Shown here piece after piece: positions 25,395 to 33,444 of a stretch of DNA of 64,000 nt (positions are counted from its first letter, which is position 1; every line of letters begins with the position of its first letter). The position numbers were made by a program, and so were the translations under genes. The notes under the pieces were generated by a model. That model searched no databases. It was not told where the DNA came from and saw only the letters and a program-made list of their open reading frames with translations. Origin of the DNA: Candidatus Dormiibacterota bacterium (lineage in GTDB: Bacteria > Chloroflexota > Dormibacteria > DASZGP01); contig DAITAT010000002.1 in assembly GCA_036824145.1 (NCBI GenBank), positions 929 through 64,928 on the forward strand. The letters are read 5' to 3'.

Positions 25395-27452
25395 ATGCGC
25401 CCCCAACAGCTGTTGGTGTACCGCGCGCGCGCCCGCCGCCGCCGGTCCGTCCGCAAGCAACTGCTGACCACGGTGCTCGGCGTGATCATCGCCGGCGTCT
25501 TCTCGCTGGGAGCCGAAGCGCTCGACCAGTACAACTACTACTCCAGCGACCTGCCCGACCCCGGCACGCTTGACATCAGCCAGCTGCCGCAGTCGACCCA
25601 GATCCTGGACCGCAACGGCAAGCTCCTCTATGTCGTCCACGGCAACCAGATCCGAACCGTGGTGTCGTTGGCACAGATCTCGCCGCTGGTGCGCAAAGCA
25701 ACCATCGACGTCGAGGACAAGAACTTCTACCGCAACTCCGGCCTTGACTATCAGCGCCTCGTCGCGGCCGCCTACAACGACGTGACCCGGCAGGTCACCC
25801 AGGGCGCCAGCACCATCACCCAGCAGCTGGTCAAGCTCAAGTACCTGACCTCTGAGCGGTCGCTGGACCGGAAGATCAAGGAGGCGCTCCTGGCAGGAGC
25901 ACTGGAGAGCCGGTTCAGCAAGGACAAGATCCTCGAGACCTACCTCAACAGCATCTTCTACGGTCATGAGGCCTATGGCATCGAGGCCGCCAGCGAGACC
26001 TACTTCGGCAAGCACGCCTCCGAGCTGAACCTCAGCGAGGCCAGCCTGCTGGCAGGCATGCCGCAGGCACCCAGCACCTACGACCCTCTCACCCCTGATG
26101 GGCTGGCGCTCGCCCGGCAGCGCCAACTGGACGTGCTCCAGGCCATGCTCAACCAGGGCGACATCAGTTCCAAGCAGAAGATCGCCGCCCAGGTCGCGAA
26201 TGTCGACCTGCACCCGGTCCCGCCGGACCAGGTGCTCAACGCGCCTCACTTTGTCGCCTACGTTCTCCATTACCTGCGGGACAAGTACGGCCGCGAGTTG
26301 ATCGACAATGGCGGTCTGCGCGTCACCACCAGCCTCGACCTCAATCTCCAGCTCCAGGCCGAGCAGATCGTCAAGAACGAGGTCGGTCGTTTCGCCAGGG
26401 CGGGCGTGAACAACGGCGCCCTGGAGGCGATCAACCCCAACACCGGCGAGATCCTCACCTATGTCGGCAGCGCCGACTATTACAGCAAGAGCATCGATGG
26501 CAACGTCGACAACATCAGCAATATCGGCGGCACGCCGCGCCAGCCGGGGTCGTCCTTCAAGCCCTACGTCTACCTGACCGCTTTTGCCGACGGCTATACC
26601 CCGACGTCGACAATCGACGACACCCAGGGCGTTATCGGCGGGACGATGTTCCATGACTTCGACAACCACAGCGAGGGCAACATCACGCTCCGGCGCGCTC
26701 TCGTGGAGTCGCGCAACATCCCCGCCATCAAGCTCTTCCAGCAACTCGGTTACCAGCGCGTCTTCCAGACCGCCAAGTCGCTGGGCATCACCACCGACCT
26801 CAAGCCCGAGCTTGGCAGCGCCATCGGCTCCAGCGGCCTGCACATGCTGGAGCACACCGCCGGCTACGGGGTCTTCGCCACCGGCGGCATCTACAACGCG
26901 CCGGCGCCGGTACTGCGCATCCAGGACTCGCGAGGCAACAACGTCTTCCTGCTCCAGCCACACGGGGTTCGGGTGGTCAGCCCCCAGGTCACCTACGTCC
27001 TCAACGACATCCTGCTGGGCTACGCCAAGCAGTGGGGCCTGAACCTGATCGGGCCCGCCGCCGGCAAGTCAGGAACCACCGACGACGGCGCCGACCTCTG
27101 GTACATGGGATACACGCCCGACCTGGTGGTGGGGGCCTGGATGGCTCACACGGGCAAGGACGCCCAGGGCAACCCCATCGGCCGGTATCCCCTACATGGC
27201 CTTTTCGGGGTGACCACGTCGTCCTACATGTTCAAGGACTTCCTGCCCGTCTACTACGCCGGCGCCCACAAGATCCCCACCTTCGTGAAGCCCGCCCTGG
27301 TCCAGGGCGGCGTCACCTGCGCGGCGCCCCCGCCGGCGCCCGGTGCCACGCCCGTCCCCAGCCCGAGCCTCGGCGCCGGCCCGATATCGCCTGCCAATCC
27401 CAGGGGCCCGATCTGCATCACCCCGGGCGACCTCAAGATCGAGGGGACCTAG
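25395..27452 (+). CDS. Class A penicillin-binding protein (glycosyltransferase GT51 + transpeptidase)
   Basis: The track ORF starts at TTG 25389; the ATG at 25395 is preferred. It has an N-terminal TM anchor and GT51 motifs (EDKNFYRNSG, GASTITQQLVK, RKIKE). Transpeptidase motifs are SxxK (GSSFKP), SxN (ESRNIP) and KSG (GKSGTTDD). Confidence 0.9.
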   Translation: MRPQQLLVYRARARRRRSVRKQLLTTVLGVIIAGVFSLGAEALDQYNYYSSDLPDPGTLDISQLPQSTQILDRNGKLLYVVHGNQIRTVVSLAQISPLVRKATIDVEDKNFYRNSGLDYQRLVAAAYNDVTRQVTQGASTITQQLVKLKYLTSERSLDRKIKEALLAGALESRFSKDKILETYLNSIFYGHEAYGIEAASETYFGKHASELNLSEASLLAGMPQAPSTYDPLTPDGLALARQRQLDVLQAMLNQGDISSKQKIAAQVANVDLHPVPPDQVLNAPHFVAYVLHYLRDKYGRELIDNGGLRVTTSLDLNLQLQAEQIVKNEVGRFARAGVNNGALEAINPNTGEILTYVGSADYYSKSIDGNVDNISNIGGTPRQPGSSFKPYVYLTAFADGYTPTSTIDDTQGVIGGTMFHDFDNHSEGNITLRRALVESRNIPAIKLFQQLGYQRVFQTAKSLGITTDLKPELGSAIGSSGLHMLEHTAGYGVFATGGIYNAPAPVLRIQDSRGNNVFLLQPHGVRVVSPQVTYVLNDILLGYAKQWGLNLIGPAAGKSGTTDDGADLWYMGYTPDLVVGAWMAHTGKDAQGNPIGRYPLHGLFGVTTSSYMFKDFLPVYYAGAHKIPTFVKPALVQGGVTCAAPPPAPGATPVPSPSLGAGPISPANPRGPICITPGDLKIEGT

Positions 27453-27991
27453 GCGCGGACGCGGAACCTCAGCGGCAGGTCGGCTGAGCGCTTGATGCCG
27501 ACTCGGGGACCGACGACGAGGTCGGAGTCGGGCACCCGGGGCCGCTCGAGGATCCGAAGCCTGGAGCGAGTCAGGTCCCAGCCGTTCATTCGCAAGTCGA
27601 CGCCGAACTCGCGGCAGAGCCGGCCCGGGCCGCCCAGCGTACGTCGAGTCCAGCCAGGCACTGGGTCGCCGCCGGTGACCAAGGGGTCCAGCGCGCGGAT
27701 CAGGACTGCGGATCCCACCCCTTCGGGCTCGGTGACGACGTTGAGGCAGTGGTACATCCCGTAGATGAGGTACACGTAGGCCACCCCCGGCGGTCCGAAC
27801 ATGATCGAGCTTCGGGACGTGGGGCCCCGGTAGGAATGGCTGGCGGCGTCCCTGGCGCCGAGGTAGGCCTCGGTTTCGGTGATGGTGGCGGCGAGCACCT
27901 TGCCAGCGCGCCTCCGCTCTAGGACCTTGCCCAGCAGTTCCCGGGCCACCAGGGTCGTCGACCTGGCGTAGAAGGCGGAGCCGAGCGGCAC
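27449..27991 (-). CDS. mpg: DNA-3-methyladenine glycosylase (Mpg/AAG family)
   Basis: 180-aa ORF with GTG start. The segments ITETEAYLGARDAASHSYRGPTSRSSIMFGPPGVAYVYLIYGMYHCLNVV are typical of the family. Confidence 0.85.
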   Translation of the reverse strand: MPLGSAFYARSTTLVARELLGKVLERRRAGKVLAATITETEAYLGARDAASHSYRGPTSRSSIMFGPPGVAYVYLIYGMYHCLNVVTEPEGVGSAVLIRALDPLVTGGDPVPGWTRRTLGGPGRLCREFGVDLRMNGWDLTRSRLRILERPRVPDSDLVVGPRVGIKRSADLPLRFRVRA

Positions 27992-28004
27992 CCGGCCGCC
28001 GGCT

Positions 28005-28550
28005 TCAGGTGATGGTCTTGGCGAAGTAACTGGCAGGCTCGGGCGGGAGCACCGGCTGGTAGAGGACGATGACGTATGGCCTCAGTTGGTTCAGCGCCCG
28101 GGGCGTTGGTGAGTCCAACTGGCCCGAGAAGGAGTTGACGATCGCCGGCTTACTCCCGCCCGACTGGATCGGGGTGGTCGCCATGTATTGGAAGAGGTAG
28201 ATGACGACCGCCATCTCGAACACGCCGGCGAGGATGCCAACAATGAGGCCGAAGAAGCGATCGAAGACCAGGGCGCTCATCGCCTCCAGGACGTCGCTAA
28301 AAGCGAACATCAACGCCTCCAAGACCACGACCAGAAGCAAGACCACGCCGAGGTAGACCGCGAAATGGGCGGCTACCGGATAGGGGCCTAGTTGGTAATT
28401 CATCATCTGCGCCAGCCCCGGGCTCAGGGCCTGCGCCAGCAACATGCCGAGGTAGAACGCCGCGATGTGGACGAAGCGCCTGAACAAGCCGTAGCGGAAG
28501 CCGAGAAGGGCGTTGATCAGCACGTAGATCAGGACGATGAGGTCGATCAC
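28005..28550 (-). CDS. cvpA: CvpA family membrane protein
   Basis: 181-aa ORF with four hydrophobic segments. Its N-terminus MIDLIVLIYVLINALLGFRYGLFRR is CvpA-like. Confidence 0.7.
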   Translation of the reverse strand: MIDLIVLIYVLINALLGFRYGLFRRFVHIAAFYLGMLLAQALSPGLAQMMNYQLGPYPVAAHFAVYLGVVLLLVVVLEALMFAFSDVLEAMSALVFDRFFGLIVGILAGVFEMAVVIYLFQYMATTPIQSGGSKPAIVNSFSGQLDSPTPRALNQLRPYVIVLYQPVLPPEPASYFAKTIT

Positions 28551-28552
28551 GG

Positions 28553-30925
28553 TCAGGTCCTCGGCTCGCCGCCCAGCTCGGAGCGGAGGGCTTTGATGAT
28601 CCGCCCTTCAGCCGCGGCGACCTCTTCGCCAGTCAGGGTCCTGTCGTCCGATTGGAAGAGCAGCCGCAGGGTCAGCCCCTTGCGTCCATCAGGGACCTGG
28701 GCGCCACGGTATTCGTCGTAGAGTTCCACGCTGCGCAGAATAGCGCCTCCCGCGCCGTTGATCGTTGAAATCACGTCTCGGGCGAGCGCCAACTCAGGCA
28801 CCGTAATGGCCAGGTCACGGGCCACCGCGGGGTATCGCGGCACGGCCGAGAAGCGCCGCTGGCGGGGAGAGACGATCAGCGCATCGAAGTTGAGCTCACC
28901 AAGGACGATGGCGCTGACGTCCAGGTGGCGGGCCAGGTCAGGGTGCAGCTGACCGCAACAACCGGCCACCTTCCCGTCGATCAGCCATCGCAGGCCGCGC
29001 CCGGGATGCAGACCGTCGACCTCGGCCTGCTCGTCGACCAGCGCCGCACTCGAGAGGCCGGCGCTTAGTTGCTCGAAGAATCCTTTGACTTCGAGCACGG
29101 CGCTGCGCACCGCACTCGGCGCCGGCTGCTTGCGACCGGCAGCCAGGTGGATGGCGACGCCGATGATACGCGCCTCATCGGGGAGCTCCTCACCGGGCAT
29201 TGGCCAGAAGACGCGTCCCAGCTCGAAGATCCTGGCGCCGCTCACGTCGACGGCGACGTTTCGGGCAATCGCCCGTGATAGCCCGCCCAGGAGCGAGGTG
29301 CGCATCAACGACTCGTCCGGGGACATCGGGTTGGCCAACCTCAACCGGGCAGGCGGGTATGCGCCGAGCGCCGGCGCGTCAGCCGGCTCGAAGGCGGTGA
29401 TGACCTCGTCGTAGCCCGCGCCAAGGGCGATGTCGCGCGCCGCCCACTCGGGGTCGGGAGGCGGGAGGATACGCTCGAGCTGGACCCGCCGACCCGGCAG
29501 CGTGCTGGGCAGGGAGTTGTAGCCGCGCAGCCTGCCGACCTCCTCGACAAGGTCCACCGGCTCATGGACGTCGAGGCGAAAGCTGGGCGCCGCTGCCACC
29601 ACCCCGCCGTCGGCGATCGCAGCGTCGAAATGGAGCCGCTGGAGGTCATCGAGAGCCTCGGCCTCGGGGACCTCGGCGCCGAGGTAATCGGAGAAGAACC
29701 CAGGCCGGCAGCGGATAGCCTGGTTGACCACCGGCTTGGGGTAATGCTCCGCCAATGTCGAGGCCGGGCCGCCGCCCGCGATCTCCTGCACCAGCTGCGC
29801 CATCCGCGTCGACGCCGCCGCCACCAACTCAGGGTGCAGCTGCTTCTCGAAGCGTGTCGAGGCCTCGGTGCGCAGGCCCAGGCGGCGGCTGGTGGCGCGC
29901 GCGTTGACGCCCTCGAAGTTGGCGGCTTCGATGACGACCCGGCTGGTCGCAGAGGACACCGCGCTGTTGGCGCCGCCGATGATGCCGGCAATGGCCACCG
30001 GCCGCGACTGGTCGGCGATCACCAACATCTCTGGCTGAAGCTGCCGGGTGACGCCGTCCAGGCAATCGATCGACTCGCCGGCCACGGCCCTACGCACCAC
30101 GATGCCGCCATCGAGCCGGTCGCGGTCGAAGGCGTGGAGTGGTTGCCCGCTCTCGAGCATCACATAGTTGGCGGCGTCGACGACGTTGCTGATCGGCCGC
30201 TGCCCAACGGCGCGCAGGCGGCGCTGCAGCCAGGGTGGTGACGGACCGACAGTCACGCCATCGAGGCAGCGCGCCGAGTAACGAGCGCACAGGTCGGGAT
30301 CGGCGACCTCCACCTCGATGGGTTCTGGACCGCCGCCCTCGGCGGGCTTCCCCTCCGGCAGCCGGACCGGCCGCTTCAGCAGCGCCGACAGCTCCCGGGC
30401 GATGCCCAGGTGGCAGAGCAGGTCGGGCCGGTTGGTGGTGACCTCGATCACCAGCACCCGGTCCTTGGGCAGCAGGTCCGTCAGGGGCACCCCCGTGGGA
30501 CCATCTGTGCCCAGCACCAGCAGGCCGTCGGCCTCGCTCGAAAGACCAAGCTCGATGGGGCTGCACATCATCCCCTGGGATAGCTCGCCCATGAACTTGC
30601 GTTCGCTGACGTCCATCCCATTGGGCAGCCGCGTCCCGGGGGGGGCCAGCGCCACCAGGTCGCCGACGCGGATGTTGGGAGCGCCAGAGACGACCTGCGC
30701 CCGCTGGTCGCCGACCTCGAGTTGGGCCACCTTGAGGTGGTCGGAGCCTTTGGCCAGCTCGGCGCCGGTGATGCGGGCCACGACCACGCCCTCCCAGCCG
30801 ACGCCGATGTCGATGATGCGTTCGACCTCGGTGCCGGACAGCGTCAGCGACTCAGCCAGCTGCTCCGCCGGCTCGGGAAGCTCGATGTACTCCTGCAGCC
30901 ACTCCAACGAGGCGCGTAGCGGCAT
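28553..30925 (-). CDS. pheT: Phenylalanine--tRNA ligase beta subunit
   Basis: 790-aa ORF following pheS. It has an N-terminal tRNA-binding domain, B3/4 and B5 domains, and a C-terminal FDX-ACB domain. Confidence 0.95.
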   Translation of the reverse strand: MPLRASLEWLQEYIELPEPAEQLAESLTLSGTEVERIIDIGVGWEGVVVARITGAELAKGSDHLKVAQLEVGDQRAQVVSGAPNIRVGDLVALAPPGTRLPNGMDVSERKFMGELSQGMMCSPIELGLSSEADGLLVLGTDGPTGVPLTDLLPKDRVLVIEVTTNRPDLLCHLGIARELSALLKRPVRLPEGKPAEGGGPEPIEVEVADPDLCARYSARCLDGVTVGPSPPWLQRRLRAVGQRPISNVVDAANYVMLESGQPLHAFDRDRLDGGIVVRRAVAGESIDCLDGVTRQLQPEMLVIADQSRPVAIAGIIGGANSAVSSATSRVVIEAANFEGVNARATSRRLGLRTEASTRFEKQLHPELVAAASTRMAQLVQEIAGGGPASTLAEHYPKPVVNQAIRCRPGFFSDYLGAEVPEAEALDDLQRLHFDAAIADGGVVAAAPSFRLDVHEPVDLVEEVGRLRGYNSLPSTLPGRRVQLERILPPPDPEWAARDIALGAGYDEVITAFEPADAPALGAYPPARLRLANPMSPDESLMRTSLLGGLSRAIARNVAVDVSGARIFELGRVFWPMPGEELPDEARIIGVAIHLAAGRKQPAPSAVRSAVLEVKGFFEQLSAGLSSAALVDEQAEVDGLHPGRGLRWLIDGKVAGCCGQLHPDLARHLDVSAIVLGELNFDALIVSPRQRRFSAVPRYPAVARDLAITVPELALARDVISTINGAGGAILRSVELYDEYRGAQVPDGRKGLTLRLLFQSDDRTLTGEEVAAAEGRIIKALRSELGGEPRT

Positions 30926-30942
30926 CCCCTACCCCCTCGCCA

Positions 30943-32010
30943 TCAGAACTGGCGCACCAACCGCAGGTCGGGGTCGAGCATCGAGCGCAGGTCGTCGATG
31001 CCGTACTTCAGCATCGCGATCCGTTCGATGCCGATGCCAAACGCGAAGCCGGTGTAGCGCTCAGGGTCGACGCCGCCGAAGCGGAGCACGTTGGGGTGGA
31101 CCATGCCCGAGCCGAGGATCTCGATCCAGCCGCTGTGGCGGCACAGCGAACAGCCTTCGCCATCGCACTGGAAGCAGCTGACGTGCACCTCCAGGCTGGG
31201 CTCGGTGAATGGGAAATGGTCCGGGCGGAGACGGATGCGGCGGTCGTCACCGAACATGGCGCGGGCGAAGTACTCGAGCGTGCCCCGCAGGTCGGCCACT
31301 GTGACGCCTTCGTCGACGAGCAGGCCTTCGAGCTGGTGGAAGACCGGCACGTGGGTGGCGTCGTTGTCCCGGCGGTAGGTCTTGCCGGGGATCACCACCT
31401 TGATCGGCGGCGTATGGCTCTCCATATACCGCACTTGCATCGGCGACGTGTGGGGACGGAGCAGCACTCGGGTCTCGACATCAGGGTCGACGGCGCCGTC
31501 GCTGGCGAGAGGGACGACAAAGAACGTGTCGAACCCGTCGCGGGCGGGGTGACCGACGGGGATGTTCAGCGCCTCAAAGGCGTAGTAGTCGAGCTCGACC
31601 TCGGGCCCACGGGCGATGTCGTAGCCCAGGCCTCGGAAGATCTCCTCGAGCTCGCGCATGACCAGGCTCACGGGATGTGGGTGGCCGCGTCGCGGCCGGC
31701 GGCCGGGGAATGTGAGGTCGATCGCCTCGGCGCCCCCGAGGCTGCCGGAACCGGCCTCGCGAAGCGCCCGGGCGCGGTCGGCGAAGGCCGATTCGATCGC
31801 GCGCTTGGCGGCATTGGCCTGCTTGCCCGCCTCGCGGCGCTCTTCAGGCGGGAGCGCGCCGACGCGGGACAGCTCATGGCTGAGCGCGGACTTGCGACCC
31901 AGGACCTGAACCCGAAGTTGCTCCAGGGCCCCCTCGTCCGGGGCCGCCGCGATTCGCTCTAGGGCTTCCTTTTGGTGCTCTTCGGGATCCAGTCCGGTTT
32001 CGCCGGTCAA
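30943..32010 (-). CDS. pheS: Phenylalanine--tRNA ligase alpha subunit
   Basis: 355-aa ORF with a class II core ([38 protein letters not shown]). Its TTG start overlaps the rplT TGA (TTGA). Confidence 0.95.
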   Translation of the reverse strand: MTGETGLDPEEHQKEALERIAAAPDEGALEQLRVQVLGRKSALSHELSRVGALPPEERREAGKQANAAKRAIESAFADRARALREAGSGSLGGAEAIDLTFPGRRPRRGHPHPVSLVMRELEEIFRGLGYDIARGPEVELDYYAFEALNIPVGHPARDGFDTFFVVPLASDGAVDPDVETRVLLRPHTSPMQVRYMESHTPPIKVVIPGKTYRRDNDATHVPVFHQLEGLLVDEGVTVADLRGTLEYFARAMFGDDRRIRLRPDHFPFTEPSLEVHVSCFQCDGEGCSLCRHSGWIEILGSGMVHPNVLRFGGVDPERYTGFAFGIGIERIAMLKYGIDDLRSMLDPDLRLVRQF

Positions 32011-32378
32011 CTGGCCTCGGCCTGGCTTGCGCCGGACCTTGCCACCTCAACCAGCTGGCTGAAGTGCGCTGCATCGCGCACCGCCAGGTCGGCCAGGATC
32101 TTGCGATCGATCTCCACCCCGGCCACCTTTAGGCCGTGGGTGAAGGTGCTGTAGGTCATGCCGTTGAGGCGCGCCGCAGCGTTGATACGGGCGATCCAAA
32201 GGGCCCGCATATCGCGCTTGCGTACACGCCGGTCGCGGTACTGGTAAGCGAGGGAGTGCATGACTGCCTCGTTGGCGACCTTGAAGAGGTCACTGCGAGC
32301 CCCCCGCATGCCTTCGGCGCGGTCGAGGACCTTCTTGTGTCGGGCGTGGGCGGTGACGCCCCGCTTGACTCTGGGCAT
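32007..32378 (-). CDS. rplT: 50S ribosomal protein L20
   Basis: 123-aa [21 protein letters not shown]...AYQYRDRR. Confidence 0.95.
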   Translation of the reverse strand: MPRVKRGVTAHARHKKVLDRAEGMRGARSDLFKVANEAVMHSLAYQYRDRRVRKRDMRALWIARINAAARLNGMTYSTFTHGLKVAGVEIDRKILADLAVRDAAHFSQLVEVARSGASQAEAS

Positions 32379-32388
32379 TTCTTCCCTC

Positions 32389-32586
32389 CTACAGGTAGGG
32401 GGCGACGCGCTTGATCGCGCGCGCGTCGGCCGGGTCGACCTCGCGGGTTCCGCTGAAGGCGCGCTTCCGCTTGGCCGACTTCTTCTCGAGGATGTGGCTC
32501 TGGTGCGAATGCCGGCTGACGATCTTGCCGGTGCTGGTCACGCGGAACCGCTTGGCGGTGCCTTTATGGGTCTTTATCTTTGGCAT
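32389..32586 (-). CDS. rpmI: 50S ribosomal protein L35
   Basis: 65-aa [25 protein letters not shown]. Confidence 0.95.
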   Translation of the reverse strand: MPKIKTHKGTAKRFRVTSTGKIVSRHSHQSHILEKKSAKRKRAFSGTREVDPADARAIKRVAPYL

Positions 32587-32622
32587 CGTCTTCCTCTCTG
32601 TTGTCCGGCTGGCCGTCGGGCC

Positions 32623-33225
32623 TCAGGCTGAGGCGGAGCTGGTCCCGACCGGAGCTTCTATTGGTGCTGGTTCCGTCCCGTCTACGGACTCTGTCTTCCT
32701 GGCTTCCCCCGGCTTGACCAGGGGACCCATGATCTGGCTCATGTTCTTGCCCTCGAGGAGCGGGCTGCGCTCCACGTGGGCGACGTCGGCGAGGTCGTTG
32801 GCCATCCGCTCCAAGATCTTGCGGCCGATGTCCTGGTGGACCATCTCGCGACCTCGGAACCAGATCGTGACCTTGACCTTGTCGCCATCGACCAGGAACT
32901 CACGAACCCGCTTCAGCTTGGTCTGGTAGTCGTGATCCCCGATCTTGGGGCGGAAATTCATTTGTTTGAGCCGGGTGCTGGCCTGCTTGCGACGGGACTC
33001 CTGCTCCCGCTTGCGCGCGTCGAACCTGAACCGTCCGTAATCCATCAGGCGGCAAACCGGGGGGTTTGCCTGTGGCGCCACCTCGACCAGGTCCAGTTCT
33101 CTCTCGACAGCAAGCTGCCTGGCCTTGTCGGTTGGAAGAACTCCGAGTTGCTCGTTTTTCTCGTCGATCACCCGCACCTGCGGGACCCGGATCTGGTCGT
33201 TGACCCTCAGCTCTTTAAAGGCGAT
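32623..33225 (-). CDS. infC: Translation initiation factor IF-3, initiating at a non-canonical ATC codon
   Basis: The track ORF starts at GTG 33177, but the conserved N-terminal segment RVNDQIRVPQVRVIDE (compare E. coli RINGEIRAQEVRL) lies upstream in frame. Between the in-frame TAG at 33267..33265 and the GTG there is no ATG, GTG or TTG. ATC 33225..33223 sits 7 nt after GGAGAG. Confidence 0.9.
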   Translation of the reverse strand: MAFKELRVNDQIRVPQVRVIDEKNEQLGVLPTDKARQLAVERELDLVEVAPQANPPVCRLMDYGRFRFDARKREQESRRKQASTRLKQMNFRPKIGDHDYQTKLKRVREFLVDGDKVKVTIWFRGREMVHQDIGRKILERMANDLADVAHVERSPLLEGKNMSQIMGPLVKPGEARKTESVDGTEPAPIEAPVGTSSASA

Positions 33226-33266
33226 AGACGTACTCTCCGAACCTCCGACCCCGGTCTGGGCCGGCT

Positions 33267-33296
33267 AAACAAGAAACGGACAGCCAAGGCCGTCCG
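33267..33296 (-). terminator. Intrinsic terminator/attenuator hairpin in the thrS-infC spacer
   Basis: mRNA sense reads CGGACGGCC-UU-GGCUGUCCG, a 9-nt inverted repeat with one G-U pair. UUUCUUGUUU follows immediately. It ends 41 nt before the infC start. Confidence 0.5.
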
Positions 33297-33399
33297 CCAA
33301 ACCCTCGTCAACCGAGAGACCTGGGCAACGATTCGTCGCCAGGTGAGGAGCGGATGGCTCCTTCTTTCCGCCGGGCCAAAGCGGCCCGAACCGGCTGCG

Positions 33400-33408
33400 A
33401 TCATAGCA
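33400..33408 (-). promoter_or_regulatory. Candidate extended -10 promoter element TGCTATGAT for an infC-rpmI-rplT leader
   Basis: Minus strand reads TGCTATGAT (TGn + TATGAT), 36 nt after the thrS stop and about 100 nt upstream of the terminator hairpin. Confidence 0.35.
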
Positions 33409-33444
33409 GTCCGCCTGGCTTTCCGGGCTCCCCGTGGAGCACCC

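Noticed and set aside
25365-26963. A 532-aa minus-strand ORF overlapping the PBP gene
   Set aside because: It is antisense to a PBP with complete GT51 and SxxK/SxN/KSG motifs. Its product is repetitive and Asp/Gly/Val/Leu/Ala-rich, a high-GC artefact.
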